NCBI GenBank assembly: GCA_951406725.2
Contig: OX597815.1
Location: 24,676,001 to 24,740,000, forward strand
Direction of reading: 5' to 3'
Length of the DNA stretch: 64,000 nt
Source: Octopus vulgaris
Lineage: Eukaryota
Shown here: piece by piece, positions 12,573 to 24,822 of the stretch
How the letters are laid out: the number at the start of each line of letters is the position of its first letter
Position numbering within the stretch: position 1 is the first letter of the stretch
Notes under the pieces: model-generated
Databases searched by the model: none
Told to the model about the DNA's origin: nothing
The model's input: only the letters and a program-made list of their open reading frames with translations
Position numbers and translations under genes: made by a program

Positions 12573-12644
12573 ATTGTAATATGTTGTATATAACTATAAA
12601 ATAAATTTTGTGGATGTACATGCCTCCATACTCTGTATTATTCT

Positions 12645-13072
12645 CTTACTCTTACTCTTTTACTCTTTTTACTTGTTTCAGTCATTTTGACTGCGGCCAT
12701 GCTGGAGCACCACCTTTAGTCGAGCAAATCGACCCCGGGACTTATTCTTTGTAAGCCCAGTACTTATTCTATTGGTCTCTTTTGCCGAACCGCTAAGTGA
12801 CGGAGATGTAAACACACCAGCATCGGTTGTCAAGCAATGCTAGAGGGACAAACACAGACACACAAACATATACACACACACACATATATATATATATATA
12901 CGTATATATGACAGGCTTCTTTCAGTTTCCGTCTACCAAATCCACTCACAAGGCTTTGGTCAGCCCGAGAATATAGCAGAAGACACTTGCCCAAGATGCC
13001 ACGCAGTGGGACTGAACCTGGAACCATGTGATTGGTTAGCAAGCTACTTACCACACAGCCACTCCTGCACCT
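12645..13072 (-). mobile_element. SINE family B
   Basis: Full-length match to the family B copies, with a (GTAAAAGA)n-like tail. Confidence 0.85.
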
Positions 13073-13339
13073 ATTATCATTAATATTAATATATATTCCA
13101 GGGAATCTTTACAGTTCAGCAGCATAGGACACGTGAAATTCCCCAACAGAAGAATTCATGGAGTGACTAACAACTAACAACACAGACATTGGATACTGAC
13201 TGTTGTGGTTAGCTGGCATCTGGATGGAATCCAACTGAGAGCTAACATGGTATCCACCCAGATAATATATCCCTCCAAACTCACTTTTTTATATATATAT
13301 ATATATATATATAAGGGTGAAAAGGAACACACGAGTTGA

Positions 13340-13563
13340 TATATATGAAAAAACAAGTAAAGATAGAAAATGCTAAAATAATTTTATAAAGAACATTTCA
13401 GTACCGGTTTCGGTCATTTTGAGATCTTTAAAAAAACTTTTCTTTTAATTTTTCTAAATTTAATTATTTAATCGTTACAGTTGAAAAGGTCTCAAAATGA
13501 CCGAAACCGGTACTGAAATGTTCTTTATAAAATTATTTTAGCATTTTCTATCTTTACTTGTTT

Positions 13564-13575
<12 letters not shown>
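13340..13575. mobile_element. Fold-back PLE-like remnant inside (AT)n
   Basis: Near-perfect inverted arms of about 90 bp (13340-13429 and 13484-13575), flanked by (TA)n. Confidence 0.8.
13475..13518 (+). ncRNA. Minimal type-I hammerhead ribozyme motif, U3-A8 variant with palindromic short stem III
   Basis: CAG UUGAAAA GGUC ucaaaau GACC GAAA CCGG UA CUG. Stem I CAG/CUG, stem II GGUC/GACC, GAAA, ACCGGU palindrome, GUA cleavage triplet. Confidence 0.7.
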
Positions 13576-13602
<27 letters not shown>

Positions 13603-13603
<1 letters not shown>

Positions 13604-13860
13604 CCACCTTTTATCACTTCAAAATGAACAATTAAATTACACCATCTAGAAAATTACATATAATAGAAAAGTTAAAATTAAAATAATAAAATGTAAAGAT
13701 TAAGTAAATTGCAAAAATAATAATAAAAACGTATATATTATTATTTTTGCAATTTACTTAATCTTACATTTTATTGTTATTTTAATTTTAACTTTTCTAT
13801 TATATGTAATTTTCTAGATGGTGTAATTTAATTGTTCATTTTGAATTGATAAAAGGTGGC
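13603..13860. repeat. AT-rich inverted repeat with arms of about 120 bp (probable PLE fold-back)
   Basis: gccaccttttatca...ttgcaaaaataataat is the reverse complement of attattatttttgcaa...tgataaaaggtggc. Confidence 0.85.
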
Positions 13861-13969
13861 TTTTTTCTAAATTTTTTATATATATTATATTGTGTAAAAT
13901 TTCATTTAGTATTTCTAAATTGAATTTTTTTCCTTGTAAGTTTGGATTTTATTCCCTCAAATAATAATT

Positions 13970-14005
<36 letters not shown>

Positions 14006-14008
14006 GAG

Positions 14009-15377
14009 AGTAATACCTCACTTTATGAAGACCCGCTTTATGAGATTCCAGGTTTATAAGCTTTATTTTATAATAATAATAAAAAGGTTAAACAGCTAAG
14101 ATCAGAGTTTTTAATGAAGTGCAAAAGTTTCTACTACCATAACAAATGCTTCTGTGTGTTACTGAGAGATTTATAGAGAGCAAGAAAATAAAACCTCTAA
14201 GCAAACAACTCTAGACTTGCTTTTTTAAAAAGAAATCTACAAGTCTGTTTAAGAGTGCTTATGAATTAGCAATTGCATCTACAAGTGATGGTGTGTCCGT
14301 CCAGTGTGAGTGAAAGTGATCTAGAAAATGATAATTTATTCTTTTATTAGAATCAAGGGCTTTCATAAAATAACATAAAAGGACATAACTGGACACTACA
14401 AAAGGGTTTTTAAATCCTGTAAACAGAAGAACAATGAAAATTAAATAATTAAAATTCCCAAAAAGGGTGGGGGGCAATTTAAAGGTTGCTCATGGAAAAA
14501 CCCCACAAAACTACGGGTGATCTGACCAACAGGGCAAGAGCCCTCTCCGTTTTTTTTCCTCTTTACAGGTGCATGCTCAAGATAGGTCCTTTCACACTAA
14601 CCATTTTTCCAACATTCACTCATCTTTCAACAAACTTGCTAGAAGGTGCTTTTTACGTGCCAGGGGAGGCTGGCAACGGCCACGATCGGTTGGTGCTTTT
14701 TACATGCCACCGGCACGGAAGCCAGTCAAGGTGGTGCTGGCATCGGCCATGTTCGGATGGCGCTTTTTACATGCCACCGGCACAGGTATCACAACTACAG
14801 TTTCCATTTGAATTTTTGATGTTGATGTACTTGACTCAATAGGTCTGCTCAAGCACAGGGTCTCACTTTCCTTTTCAAGTGAAACTTGAAAAAGTTGATG
14901 AGGGCTTGTCCAAAGAGGAAAGTGTCTGTCTTCAGTCCTTTCAAGCATGTCCACCATACAACATCTTTCACTATAACCACCAGAGAAATGAAAACTGCCT
15001 GTCCCTCCCGGCCGAAGGAGGGCAGTGGGACAATCCTCACTATGGGTTCAGTTGATAGCCAGATCTGTCGTACACATGACAGCAGCTGTTCAACATAAAC
15101 CCACAGGTCAGCAAAGCACGGGCACCGGAACAAGTGCATGCAGAATGGTTTTGTTGCTCTATGTGCACCTTACGCAGGCTCAGCTGACAGCAATCAGGAA
15201 ATGATAATAATAATAATATTTTTTATTGTAAATGATCTCGACACTCTTTTAACTTTACATAAAATATTCTTTACATTCTACTGTTGATTTATTGCCATTT
15301 ATTTACAAGTATTGTAAATTTTATAGGTAATGGTCTCCAGGAACAAATTAACTCTTATATCGAAGCATGACCGAGTA
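14009..15377. mobile_element. Probable Tigger/pogo-type element interrupted by an L1/Tx1-like LINE
   Basis: Degenerate ends agtaatacctcac ... tcgaagcatgaccg and an internal aagcaaacaactctagac (KQTTLD-like) segment. Confidence 0.45.
14338..15180 (-). mobile_element. 3' end of an L1/Tx1-like LINE, with an RTE tail (about 14640-14860) inserted in it
   Basis: ORF 14849..15139 (...RCPCFADLW...VVWW...) resembles the region after the CCHC knuckle of L1/Tx1 ORF2, followed by a 3' UTR ending AATAAAAGAA. Confidence 0.65.
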
Positions 15378-15405
15378 TGTATGTATATATATATATATAT
15401 ATATA

Positions 15406-15690
15406 TCATCATCATCATCATCGTTTAATGTCTGCTTTCCATGCTGGCATGGGTTGGATGGTTTCACTGAGAACTGGCAAGCCAGGAGGTCGTACCAGGC
15501 TCCAGTCTGATCTGGCAAGGTTTCTACAGCTGGATGCCCTTCCTAATGCCAACCACTTCAAGAGTGTAGTGGGTGCTTTTTATGTGCTACTGGCATTGAC
15601 CATGCTTGAATGGTGCTTTTTATGTGGCACGGGTGCCAGTCAGGCAGCACTAGCATTGACCATGCTTGAACTTTGCTTTTTACGTGCCAT
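15406..15690 (-). mobile_element. RTE-LINE 3' tail fragment
   Basis: (CAT)n, then ttccatgctggcatgggttgg and ggatgcccttcctaatgcc on the plus strand. Confidence 0.8.
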
Positions 15691-16221
15691 TAATATATAT
15701 ATATATAGGTGTCTTTCACTATAGCCCCGAGCCGACCGGAGCTTTGTGATTGAATTCAGTAGGTGGAAGTTACTGCCATGTGTGTATGTGTGCGTATAGC
15801 TGCTCAGTGCCTCTCCGAAAGAGAGAGAGGGATATATATATATATATATATATGGATGGATGGATGTAAGCATGGCTACATATGTGTTTCACAGTCATGA
15901 AGTCTCAGCTTTCTTCAATCTCACTGAGTGGCATTTTGGACAAGTGCCTGTTACATGAGCCATTTGAATGAAAATGGAGAGAATGGTAACTGGGTCAAAA
16001 GCTATCAGATGTACAATATTTGCAATTCAAATGGGCCACTTTCATTATACACTGTCAAACTTATCCTCCTGAGAATTCTATAAAGGATATACATATCTGA
16101 GGAATACTCAGCCATGTACAAGCTAATTTAATGAGAAGGCTGTTCTGTTGATTAAACAATTCATCTTGGTCTAGATGTGAGTGAATTTGGGAAATGGAAA
16201 CTGTAAGGTAGAATGACTACT

Positions 16222-16447
16222 ATTTCTTATTTCTTTATTGCCCACATGGGGCTAAACGTAGAGGAGACAAACAAGGATAGACAAAGGGATTAAGTCGATG
16301 ACATCGACCCCAGTGCGAAACTGGTACTTAATTTATCGACCCCGAAAGGATGAAAGACAAAGTCGACCTCGGCGGAATTTGAACTCAGAACATAACGGCA
16401 GACGAAATACGGCTACGCATTTCGCCCGGCATGCTAACGTTTCTACC
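16222..16447 (-). mobile_element. SINE family A
   Basis: Clear match to family A, flanked by actatttct direct repeats. Confidence 0.85.
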
Positions 16448-16471
16448 ACTATTTCTAACAGGTCAGTGACC

Positions 16472-16675
16472 TTGTAAATACGCATTTATTGGCTCATTTT
16501 TATTATCGACTAGAAAATTAGATTTATCATTGAATAAGATAGATGCCAATTGATACAACTCAAATAATCTTTAAGAATTAAAGTGAGTCTTTATCAATTG
16601 GCATCTATCTTATTCAATGATAAATTTAATTTTCTAGTCGATAATAAAAATGAGCCAATAAATACGTTTTTACAA
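16472..16675. repeat. Inverted repeat with arms of about 85 bp (probable PLE fold-back)
   Basis: ttgtaaatacgcatttattggctc...gccaattgata is the reverse complement of tatcaattggc...gagccaataaatacgtttttacaa. Confidence 0.85.
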
Positions 16676-18852
16676 TCCACTGTTAGTGACAACCAAGTAA
16701 ATTGAGACCTAGAGAATTAAGCAGCTTATTTAGAGATACCAGAAGCAGGTTTGAACATAAGACCAGTGAGTCAGGCTATTTCACTTAGACAATAATATTA
16801 GCTTTTTTTAATTTTTCATTTCTTACTTTCAGGAACAGGGAAATATTTTAAGATATCTCAAAATTCAAGAGCATTCAGAATATTATAAAATAATAAAAAA
16901 AAAGAGAATGGAAAAAATATCTGTCTTGTTATATAATGGAAGACAAACTAAAGGAATCTTTCTTTTAATATCTTCATTGAACTTCAAATAGATGCTTGAT
17001 TTAGTTATTAATTTAAAGCATGATACTGTAATTAGTTGATAGGCTCAAAGAACCATCGTTTGCCTCAAATGACAGATCAAAATACAGAAATAAATTTCTT
17101 TGCAGACATGAAAGAGTAGGAAGACATACTTCCAAATCTTAGCACACAGTTTAGGACAGGAAAGGAAAAATCAATACTGCAGTAAAGAATTGGGGAAACA
17201 TGCTGATTGCTGAACTTCGGTGACATTGTCAACGCTATCTTCACATCCCACTCTTCTTCATTATCATAACAAGTTACATCATTTCTACGTAAAACAGATG
17301 CATCATCATACACACATACACTTTTTTTTTCCCTTCTGCTATCACGGGTGAGATATATTTGGAAAATTTAACAACAGATATATGCATGTGTGTGTATGTG
17401 TGTGCTTATGCATTTATGTATGAGTATTGTGTCTCTGTGCACATGTGTGTGTGTGTGCATGAATGGTTATTCTTTCAAATACAACTCAAATAATCTTTAT
17501 GAATTAAAATGTTAATTCATGGACCATAATCTCATTATATTCTACTGATAATCAATTCTAAATCAAAACTGGAAAAATACTATTAATAGAATAACAGATT
17601 GGAGCCTGGTGCAGCCATCTGGCTCACCAGTCCTCAGTCAAACTGTCCAACCCATGCCAGCATGGAAAGCGGACATTAAATGATGATGATGATGAGTACT
17701 GTACTTAAGTACATAGCTGCAGAATTGAAATGACAAAACAAAAATAGAATAAAATAAAGAAATAAAAAAATCAAAAGTTCAGTATTCAATAGAATTATAA
17801 AGTGGAAGCAACTATGAAAATAAAAAGAAGAAAAGAATGTTTTTGTTTAAATACTGTGTTCTCTGCTTGAAAGACAACATCACCAATTCTTTTAAGTTTC
17901 TCCTGTTTTGTATTTTCTCTACAACCCCAAAACATACAAAACTAGCAATATGGAGAATAACCAATATGATAGTATTTACAAAATGTCAATCAAGTCTCAA
18001 CATGCTCTTAAGTCTGAAGTCAATATAGAATTTGGAAAGTGTATTAAAAGAAATATATGAGAGGAAAGAGTGTTCTGTCTTAAGAGTACATGACTCCATA
18101 TAATGCTTGGTCAATATTTAATGACATGAAAACCATACAAGCAGAAGGAGGTCATAAAACATATGAGACTGTTTATGATTTTGGAAATACTTGCCTATTC
18201 AGTTCTTACAACTAAGAAAAATTAAGGCAGTGAAGTGAATAGTGGAAAATTGCACCAAAAGCAATAAATATTTTAGTTTCAAATCCTTTTAATTCAAACT
18301 AAACTACTCTTCATCAGTGAGCACAAATTGCTCATTAATATTTTTTTTTAATGAGAACCACATATTAACCTTTTGCTGGACACTGAATAGAGATCATCTT
18401 GGAAAAGCTATAATGTTAATCACATCACAAGAGTCGAATTGCTCCACCCATATTGCTCTATGGAAATTCTTTTGGTCCTTTAATGCTTTGAAAGTAAAAG
18501 TCGTTCGCTATGTTTGTTGTGTCGAAAATTCTACTTTAAAATTAATTTCAGAAAACTGTGAAGTTTATTTGTCCTGATGACCATAAAGAAATGTATATAA
18601 ATATTTATATTTATCTGTGTGTGTGTGTGTGTGTGTGTGTGTATCATCATCATTTAATGCCCATTTTCCATGCTGGCATGGGTTGGATGGTTTGACCAAA
18701 AACTGGTAAACTGGGGAGCTGCACAAGGTTCCGATCTGATTTGGTAAGATTTCTATGGGTGGATGCCTTTTCTAATGCCAACCATTCCAAGAGTGTAGTG
18801 GGTGTCTTTTATGTGCCACCAGCATGGTGCCATTGACCTGACACTGACATTG

Positions 18853-18886
<34 letters not shown>

Positions 18887-18896
18887 CACACACACA

Positions 18897-18941
<45 letters not shown>

Positions 18942-19083
18942 TCACAATGAGGATATTTAAACCTCTTTTAGGTATATTTTATTCAAGAAACACTGGTTTA
19001 ATATATTATATTTTGAAGAGATATTTCTTCAATGAATATATTACATAAAATATTGTAAGATATCAGAGATTATTATTGAGTAA

Positions 19084-19218
19084 GAAAACAGAGAGATCTA
19101 ATGAATACAAATTAATTTATTAATTACTTAACGTATTCACCTACAATTGTTTCATTTGAAGGTAAATATGTTAAGTAATTAATAAATTAATTTGTATCCA
19201 TTAGGTCTCTCTGTTTTC
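19084..19218. repeat. Inverted repeat between (AT)n tracts, carrying a 3' half hammerhead in the loop
   Basis: Arms of about 58 bp. The minus strand of 19138-19153 reads GAAA CAAUUG UA GGUG. Confidence 0.75.
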
Positions 19219-19231
19219 CAACTCTCTCTCT

Positions 19232-19283
<52 letters not shown>

Positions 19284-20167
19284 GTGAATGACTGCATGTG
19301 TATGTAATTGTGTATCAATGTAGCTGTATGACTTCACCATTCTTCTGCAACTTCACAATACCACTACCCTCTTCTCTCCTTCCCACAATCATCTAATCTG
19401 TTAATGTAACAATAAATCTACTTGGGGTTTTTGGATGCACTGCAGCACCTCCTTCACCTCTTATCCCCCACTTGCCTCTAATACTTCATCCTGGTCACAT
19501 CAACCATTTCTCCTTCTCTGGTTGTTTGAAAGGATATCCTGTATCTACCTTCCTGTTCATCTTTGAATTTTCCTCTTTATCACCTCATCTCCTTGGCTTT
19601 TCACTGCAGTACGTTTCTTGTTTGGCAATCACTCTCTGTTTCTCTTCACTAAGTCAATCCTCAGACTTCAATTTTAAAAATAATTTCCTTACACTCAGAC
19701 AAGGGGTCAAATAACAAAATTCTTAGCCAATCTTCCACATTATATATTAATTTTTCCTAACATAGACACCCACCAACTTCACTGGATTCTGGATTTTACT
19801 CTATTTTATATAGTATTACTGAAGAGATATTTCATTGCCAAATTCTGAACTTTTAGACAGATCCTGTGGTAAAAACTGTGACAGCTCAGTAATTAGTTAA
19901 CATTTGGGTAGCAAAGTGAAGTGGTTGTTGAACTATTGACAGTTCATCATAGTTTATAGCTGATAAAATGAAAGTGTCATATATTAGGATTAACTTATAT
20001 ATTCATCATCTACAAAGTGTACCCTTTGACTAGTATGAAAACTCATTATTAAGGAAGGCAAAGTTTTAATGAATTTCAGTATTTTAGATATTATTAAATA
20101 ATTTGACAACAGAAAAGTGAAACAAGTGGAACAGTTTGTTCTGAGGAAGAGAAAAATTTAAGCTATT

Positions 20168-21218
20168 CATCATCATCAATCATCATCATTTAACGTCTGT
20201 TTTCCATGCTAGCATAGGTTGGACAGTTCGACCGGGGTCTGGAAAGCCAGGAGGCTGCACCAGGCTCCAGTCTGATCTGGCAGTGTTTCTACAGCTGGAT
20301 ACCCTTCCTAACGCCAACCACTCCATGAGTGTAGTGGGTGCTTTTTATGTGCCACCAGCACAGGTGCCAGGGGAGGCTGACAATGGCCACAATCGGTTGG
20401 TGCTTTTTACGTGCCACCAGCACGGAAGCCAGTCAAGGCAGCACTGGTATCGGCCATGTTCGGATGGTGCTTTTTACGTGCCACTGCCATGGTTTATTAT
20501 TACGATTATTAATCATTATTATTACCAAGTTTAAGGCAGTGAGCTGGTAGAATCATTAACACACCAGACAAAATGGTCAGCAACATTTCTCCTAAAACAT
20601 TTGTTTTGAGTTCAAAATCTGCCAAGGCTGACTTTGTCCTTCGTCCTTTCAAGTTCAATAAAATAAGTACCAGTTGAGTACTGTGGGTTGATGTAATTGA
20701 CTACCCACTTCCCCTTAAATTTCAAGTCCTGCGCCTATAGTAGAAAGGATTATTACTAAGTTTACATGTAAGATGCATGTTATTTTCTATTCGTTTTCTT
20801 TTTCTTTTATTTTCTTTTACTTGTTTCAGGCATTTGACTGCAGCCATGCTGGAGCACCGCCTTTAGTCGAGCAAATCGACCCCGGGACATATTCTTTGTA
20901 AGCCCAGTACTTATTCTATCAGTCTCTTTTTGCTGAACCACTAAGTGACGGGGACGTAAACACACCAGCATCGGTTGTCAAGCAATGCTAGGGGGACAAA
21001 TACAGACACACAAACATACACACATACATATATATATATATATGTACATATATACGACAGGCTTCTTTCAGTTTCTGTCTACCAAATCCACTCACAAGGC
21101 ATTGGTCAGCCCGAGGCTATAGTAGAAGACACTTGCCCAAGATGCCACGCAGTGGGACTGAACCCGGAACCATGTGGTTGGTTAGCAAGCTACTTACCAC
21201 ACAGCCACTCCTGTGCCT
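20168..21218. mobile_element. Cluster: RTE tail (-, 20168-20490), SINE A (+, 20533-20755), SINE B (-, 20810-21218)
   Basis: Each segment matches the corresponding family elsewhere in the window. Confidence 0.8.
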
Positions 21219-21276
21219 CGTTGTTAAGAACTTTAAAATATTTCAGAATGGTCTAGAAATACAAAGTATTATATAG

Positions 21277-21770
21277 ATTTTGTTGTATCTTGAGAGGGTC
21301 ATTATACCAATAATAAACATATGCACTGGTTCTATTTCACATCTTTGCTTTTGGGTTAACCATTTAACTAACTGACTAATCGATAGTTAGATTAATAGTT
21401 TGCTTAATCACTCAACCAGATAGGTTTATTGAAGCCTTTTTGTCACCATTTGCAACCATATCAATGACATGACTGAGACAGATTTGAAGCAGACCCGGGG
21501 TAGAGAGGGTATGTTATTGATCAGGTCACGAATGGTGAAATAAAGACTTTGACAAACCTAGCTAACTGAATGAATGACCAAACGACTAAATAAACAATTT
21601 GATTACTTAATTGGTTAAATGGCAAAGCAAGTAATGAACAAAAGAAGTGAAATAGTACCAGTGCCTGTATTTATTATGATAATAACCCTCCCAAAGTACA
21701 ACAAAATATGTTTCAACACATGAGTTTACATTAAAAGTCTTGCAAACCAAATACAAAAATGAAATATCGT
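21277..21770. mobile_element. Old, diverged fold-back element related to the 6419 family
   Basis: Imperfect arms of about 200 bp (21277-21475 versus 21508-21707). The following tail ttcaacaca...tcttgcaaaccaaat resembles 6647-6690. Confidence 0.65.
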
Positions 21771-22509
21771 ATAGATGATTTTTAGAATTTAATGATAGAT
21801 TTTGTTTTCCCTAAAGTTATGGTGGGGTGGGAAAAAAAAACATCTTTGAAAACAATTAGTTTTTATAAAAATAGATCAAATGGCAGGAGGAAGAAACAAG
21901 ATGCTTCATATCAGCTGGTCAAAGGAGAGTTAACTTCATGGTGTGTGTGTGTGAAGAGAGAGAAGGAGAGGGGGGAGAGAGAGAGACTTATAAAAAACAG
22001 AAATATTAATAATTGAGATATGATTAAATGTGTAAATCCTGTGGAAATTAGGAAAACTGGTTAACTAGAAACTTTAATGTAAACATGGTAAATTACCACT
22101 AATAACAAAGAATGCACTTAATGAGATACCCATTAAATGATATTACTCTTCCAAAGAGATTTTATATATTTTCCCATAGTGAGAATATATAAAAAGAAAT
22201 TAACACAGTTCCATTGTTTTAAGCACAGACCATTTATAGAGTATGGCACATGTCTAACACACACACACACACACAGAGTCTCTCTTCTCAAACAATCTCT
22301 TATAGTTTATAGTTGCATAGTGTGTGGCATACTTTACAAGCCTCCTACTATGTAATTACAGTTACGTGGTTTTATGACAGTGTTCTGACTGCTGGATCCA
22401 GTTTCAGTTAAAAAGATTAGTGGTCTAAAGAGTGAAAGACCTACCTCTCACTATTTCATGCTGAACCACATAAAGTAGATATAGAAACATTTGAAAGATT
22501 TATTATCCT

Positions 22510-22992
22510 CATCATCATCATCATTATCATCATCATCATCATCGTTTAACGTCCGCTTTCCATGCTAGCATGGGTTGGACGGTTCGACCAGGATCTATGA
22601 AGCCAGGAGGCTGCACCAGGCTCCAGTCTGATATGGCAGTGTTTCTACAGCTGGATGCCCTTCCTAACGCCAACCACTCCATGAGTGTAGTGGGTGCTTT
22701 TTACATGCCGCCGACACAAGTGCCAGGGGAGGCTGACAATGGCCACAATCAGTTGGTGCTTTTTACGTGCCACCGGCACGGAAGCCAGTCAACGCGGCGC
22801 TGGCATTGGCCACATTCGGATGGTGCTTTTTACGTGCCACCGGCACGGAAGCCAGACAACGCGGCACTGGCATCGGCCACGTTCGGATGGTGCTTTTTAC
22901 GTGCCACCAGCACAGGTATCACAACTACAATTTCCATTTGATTTTTCATTTTGATGTACTTGACTCAATAGGTCTCCTCAAGCACAGGGTCT
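22510..22992 (-). mobile_element. RTE-LINE 3' tail with expanded internal subrepeats
   Basis: Four ggtgctttttac(g/a)tgcc subunits plus the (CAT)n end. Confidence 0.8.
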
Positions 22993-23047
22993 CATTTATC
23001 ATAATCCAATGAGGTTTACCCGAGGCGTGGTTATTGCTAGTTGAAAA

Positions 23048-23078
<31 letters not shown>

Positions 23079-23103
23079 TATTATCAGCATCATCATCATC
23101 AAA

Positions 23104-23545
23104 GTGGCAAGCTGGCAGAATTATTAGCATGCCAGGCAAAACGCTTGGGGGCATTTTGTCATTTTCACATTCTGAGTTCAAATTCCGTCAAGGTCAATGT
23201 TTACCTTTCTTCCTTTCAAGGTTGATAAAATAAGTTCCAGTAGAACACTAGAGTCAATGCAATTGACTTGCCCCCTCCTCTGAAATTGCTGGCATTGAGC
23301 CAAAATTTGAAATCATTATTATTATTGCAAAGCAGTAGGCTGGCAGAATCACTACCATTCTGGACAAAATTCTTAGCAGTATTTCATTTGTCTTTACATT
23401 CTGAATTCAAATTCTGCCAAGATCAGCTTTAATTTCATCCTTTTGAGGTTGATAAAATGAGTACCAGTTAAGCCCTGGGTTTAATGTGATAGACTATCCA
23501 CTCCCCCAAATTTCAGTTCTTATGCCTATAGTAGAAAGGATTATT
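23104..23545 (+). mobile_element. Two degenerate family A SINE copies
   Basis: ggcaagctggcagaat...gagttcaaattc occurs twice, each copy ending in (ATT)n. Confidence 0.7.
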
Positions 23546-23730
23546 ATTATTATTATTCTATATTTGACTTTTGCTTTATATTTGTACAAGTTGGCTCCAA
23601 GTCTCACCCAGAGACCTCAAGAGACAACAGGTTGGAAGTTCGTGATGTTGTTATGCCTAGTGTGCCATATATTTGGTTTTGTATTTAGTGTTGTTTATTA
23701 TTATTATAATTATTATTATTATAATTTCCA

Positions 23731-23776
<46 letters not shown>

Positions 23777-23809
23777 TCCATTTCCATTATTATTATTATT
23801 ATTATTATT

Positions 23810-24300
23810 GAGTGAGAGAGCAGAGCATGTCATCAAAGTGACACTGGGGTAAAATATATGAAGCCCAGTATACCCATCATGACTACCTGTCTGATAAGGG
23901 TACACCAGGCACATGCATCACAACCATATATGCGCGACATGGTGATCTCATATCAAGATAAACAGCACATGACCTTGCAGGTGGAGCTCAGTTAGATTTT
24001 TCTTCAGATCGAGTAACCCATCCCGCTCAAAAGGTCCCTGAATAAGGGTTGTTTAAGGACGTTGAACGAAACACCCATGTTTCCAGAGGTGAATTATTCA
24101 AACCCCAAAGAATCCTTCTCAACACATGGCTATGATGCTCCCCCACTACTTCTGCTCGTGATCAGAGATGCACATATCGTCAGCCACTTAGGGACATGCT
24201 CAACTGGTTAAGGTCAAACAACTGACAAGCAAATCTGTGGTATTGAGCAGAATATTTGCTGTAACCCATCTTTTATACCAAGACAAAACAATGTACATGA
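23810..24300. mobile_element. Unclassified interspersed element embedded in an (ATT)n compound satellite
   Basis: About 490 bp of higher-GC sequence with the same compound satellite on both sides; no recognisable ORF. Confidence 0.5.
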
Positions 24301-24473
24301 TAAAGACAAAACAATGTACATGATAAAGACAAAACAATGTACATGATAAAGACAAAACAATGTACATGATAATTACAAAACAATGTACATGATAAAGACA
24401 AAGCAATGTACATGATAAAGACAAAACAACGTACATGATAAAGACAAAACAATGTACATGATAAAGACAAAAC
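24279..24473 (+). repeat. Minisatellite: about 9 copies of 22 bp AAGACAAAACAATGTACATGATA-type unit
   Basis: Direct head-to-tail copies with few substitutions. Confidence 0.95.
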
Positions 24474-24499
24474 AATTATTATTATTATTTCAATTTCCA

Positions 24500-24530
<31 letters not shown>

Positions 24531-24575
24531 TCAATTTCCATTTTATTATTATTATTATTATTATTTCAATTTCCA

Positions 24576-24606
<31 letters not shown>

Positions 24607-24651
24607 TCAATTTCCATTTTATTATTATTATTATTATTATTTCAATTTCCA

Positions 24652-24687
<36 letters not shown>

Positions 24688-24694
24688 ATTTCCA

Positions 24695-24728
<34 letters not shown>

Positions 24729-24738
24729 TCAATTTCCA

Positions 24739-24775
<37 letters not shown>

Positions 24776-24785
24776 TCAATTTCCA

Positions 24786-24822
<37 letters not shown>

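Larger units (their letters stand above)
11668..12592. mobile_element. Long fold-back element (PLE-like) interrupted by a family A SINE dimer (about 11877-12295, +)
   Basis: 11668-11872 plus 12296-12330 is the reverse complement of about 12368-12592. The SINE is flanked by ataggtat(a/g)tgctaccg. Confidence 0.8.

Noticed and set aside
18574-18600. CTGATGA...GAAA as a hammerhead
   Set aside because: There is no stem II between the motifs and no stem I pairing, so this is a chance match.
19819-19895. CTGAAGA followed by a distant AAAA...TC as a degenerate hammerhead
   Set aside because: There is no GAAA and no convincing stem II. It may be an old PLE relic, but I cannot support that.
22570-22941. 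Recurrent ORF FLQLDALPNANHS...VVGAFY seen in many places
   Set aside because: It is the antisense reading of the RTE 3' UTR. It recurs because the repeat does, with inconsistent frames between copies.
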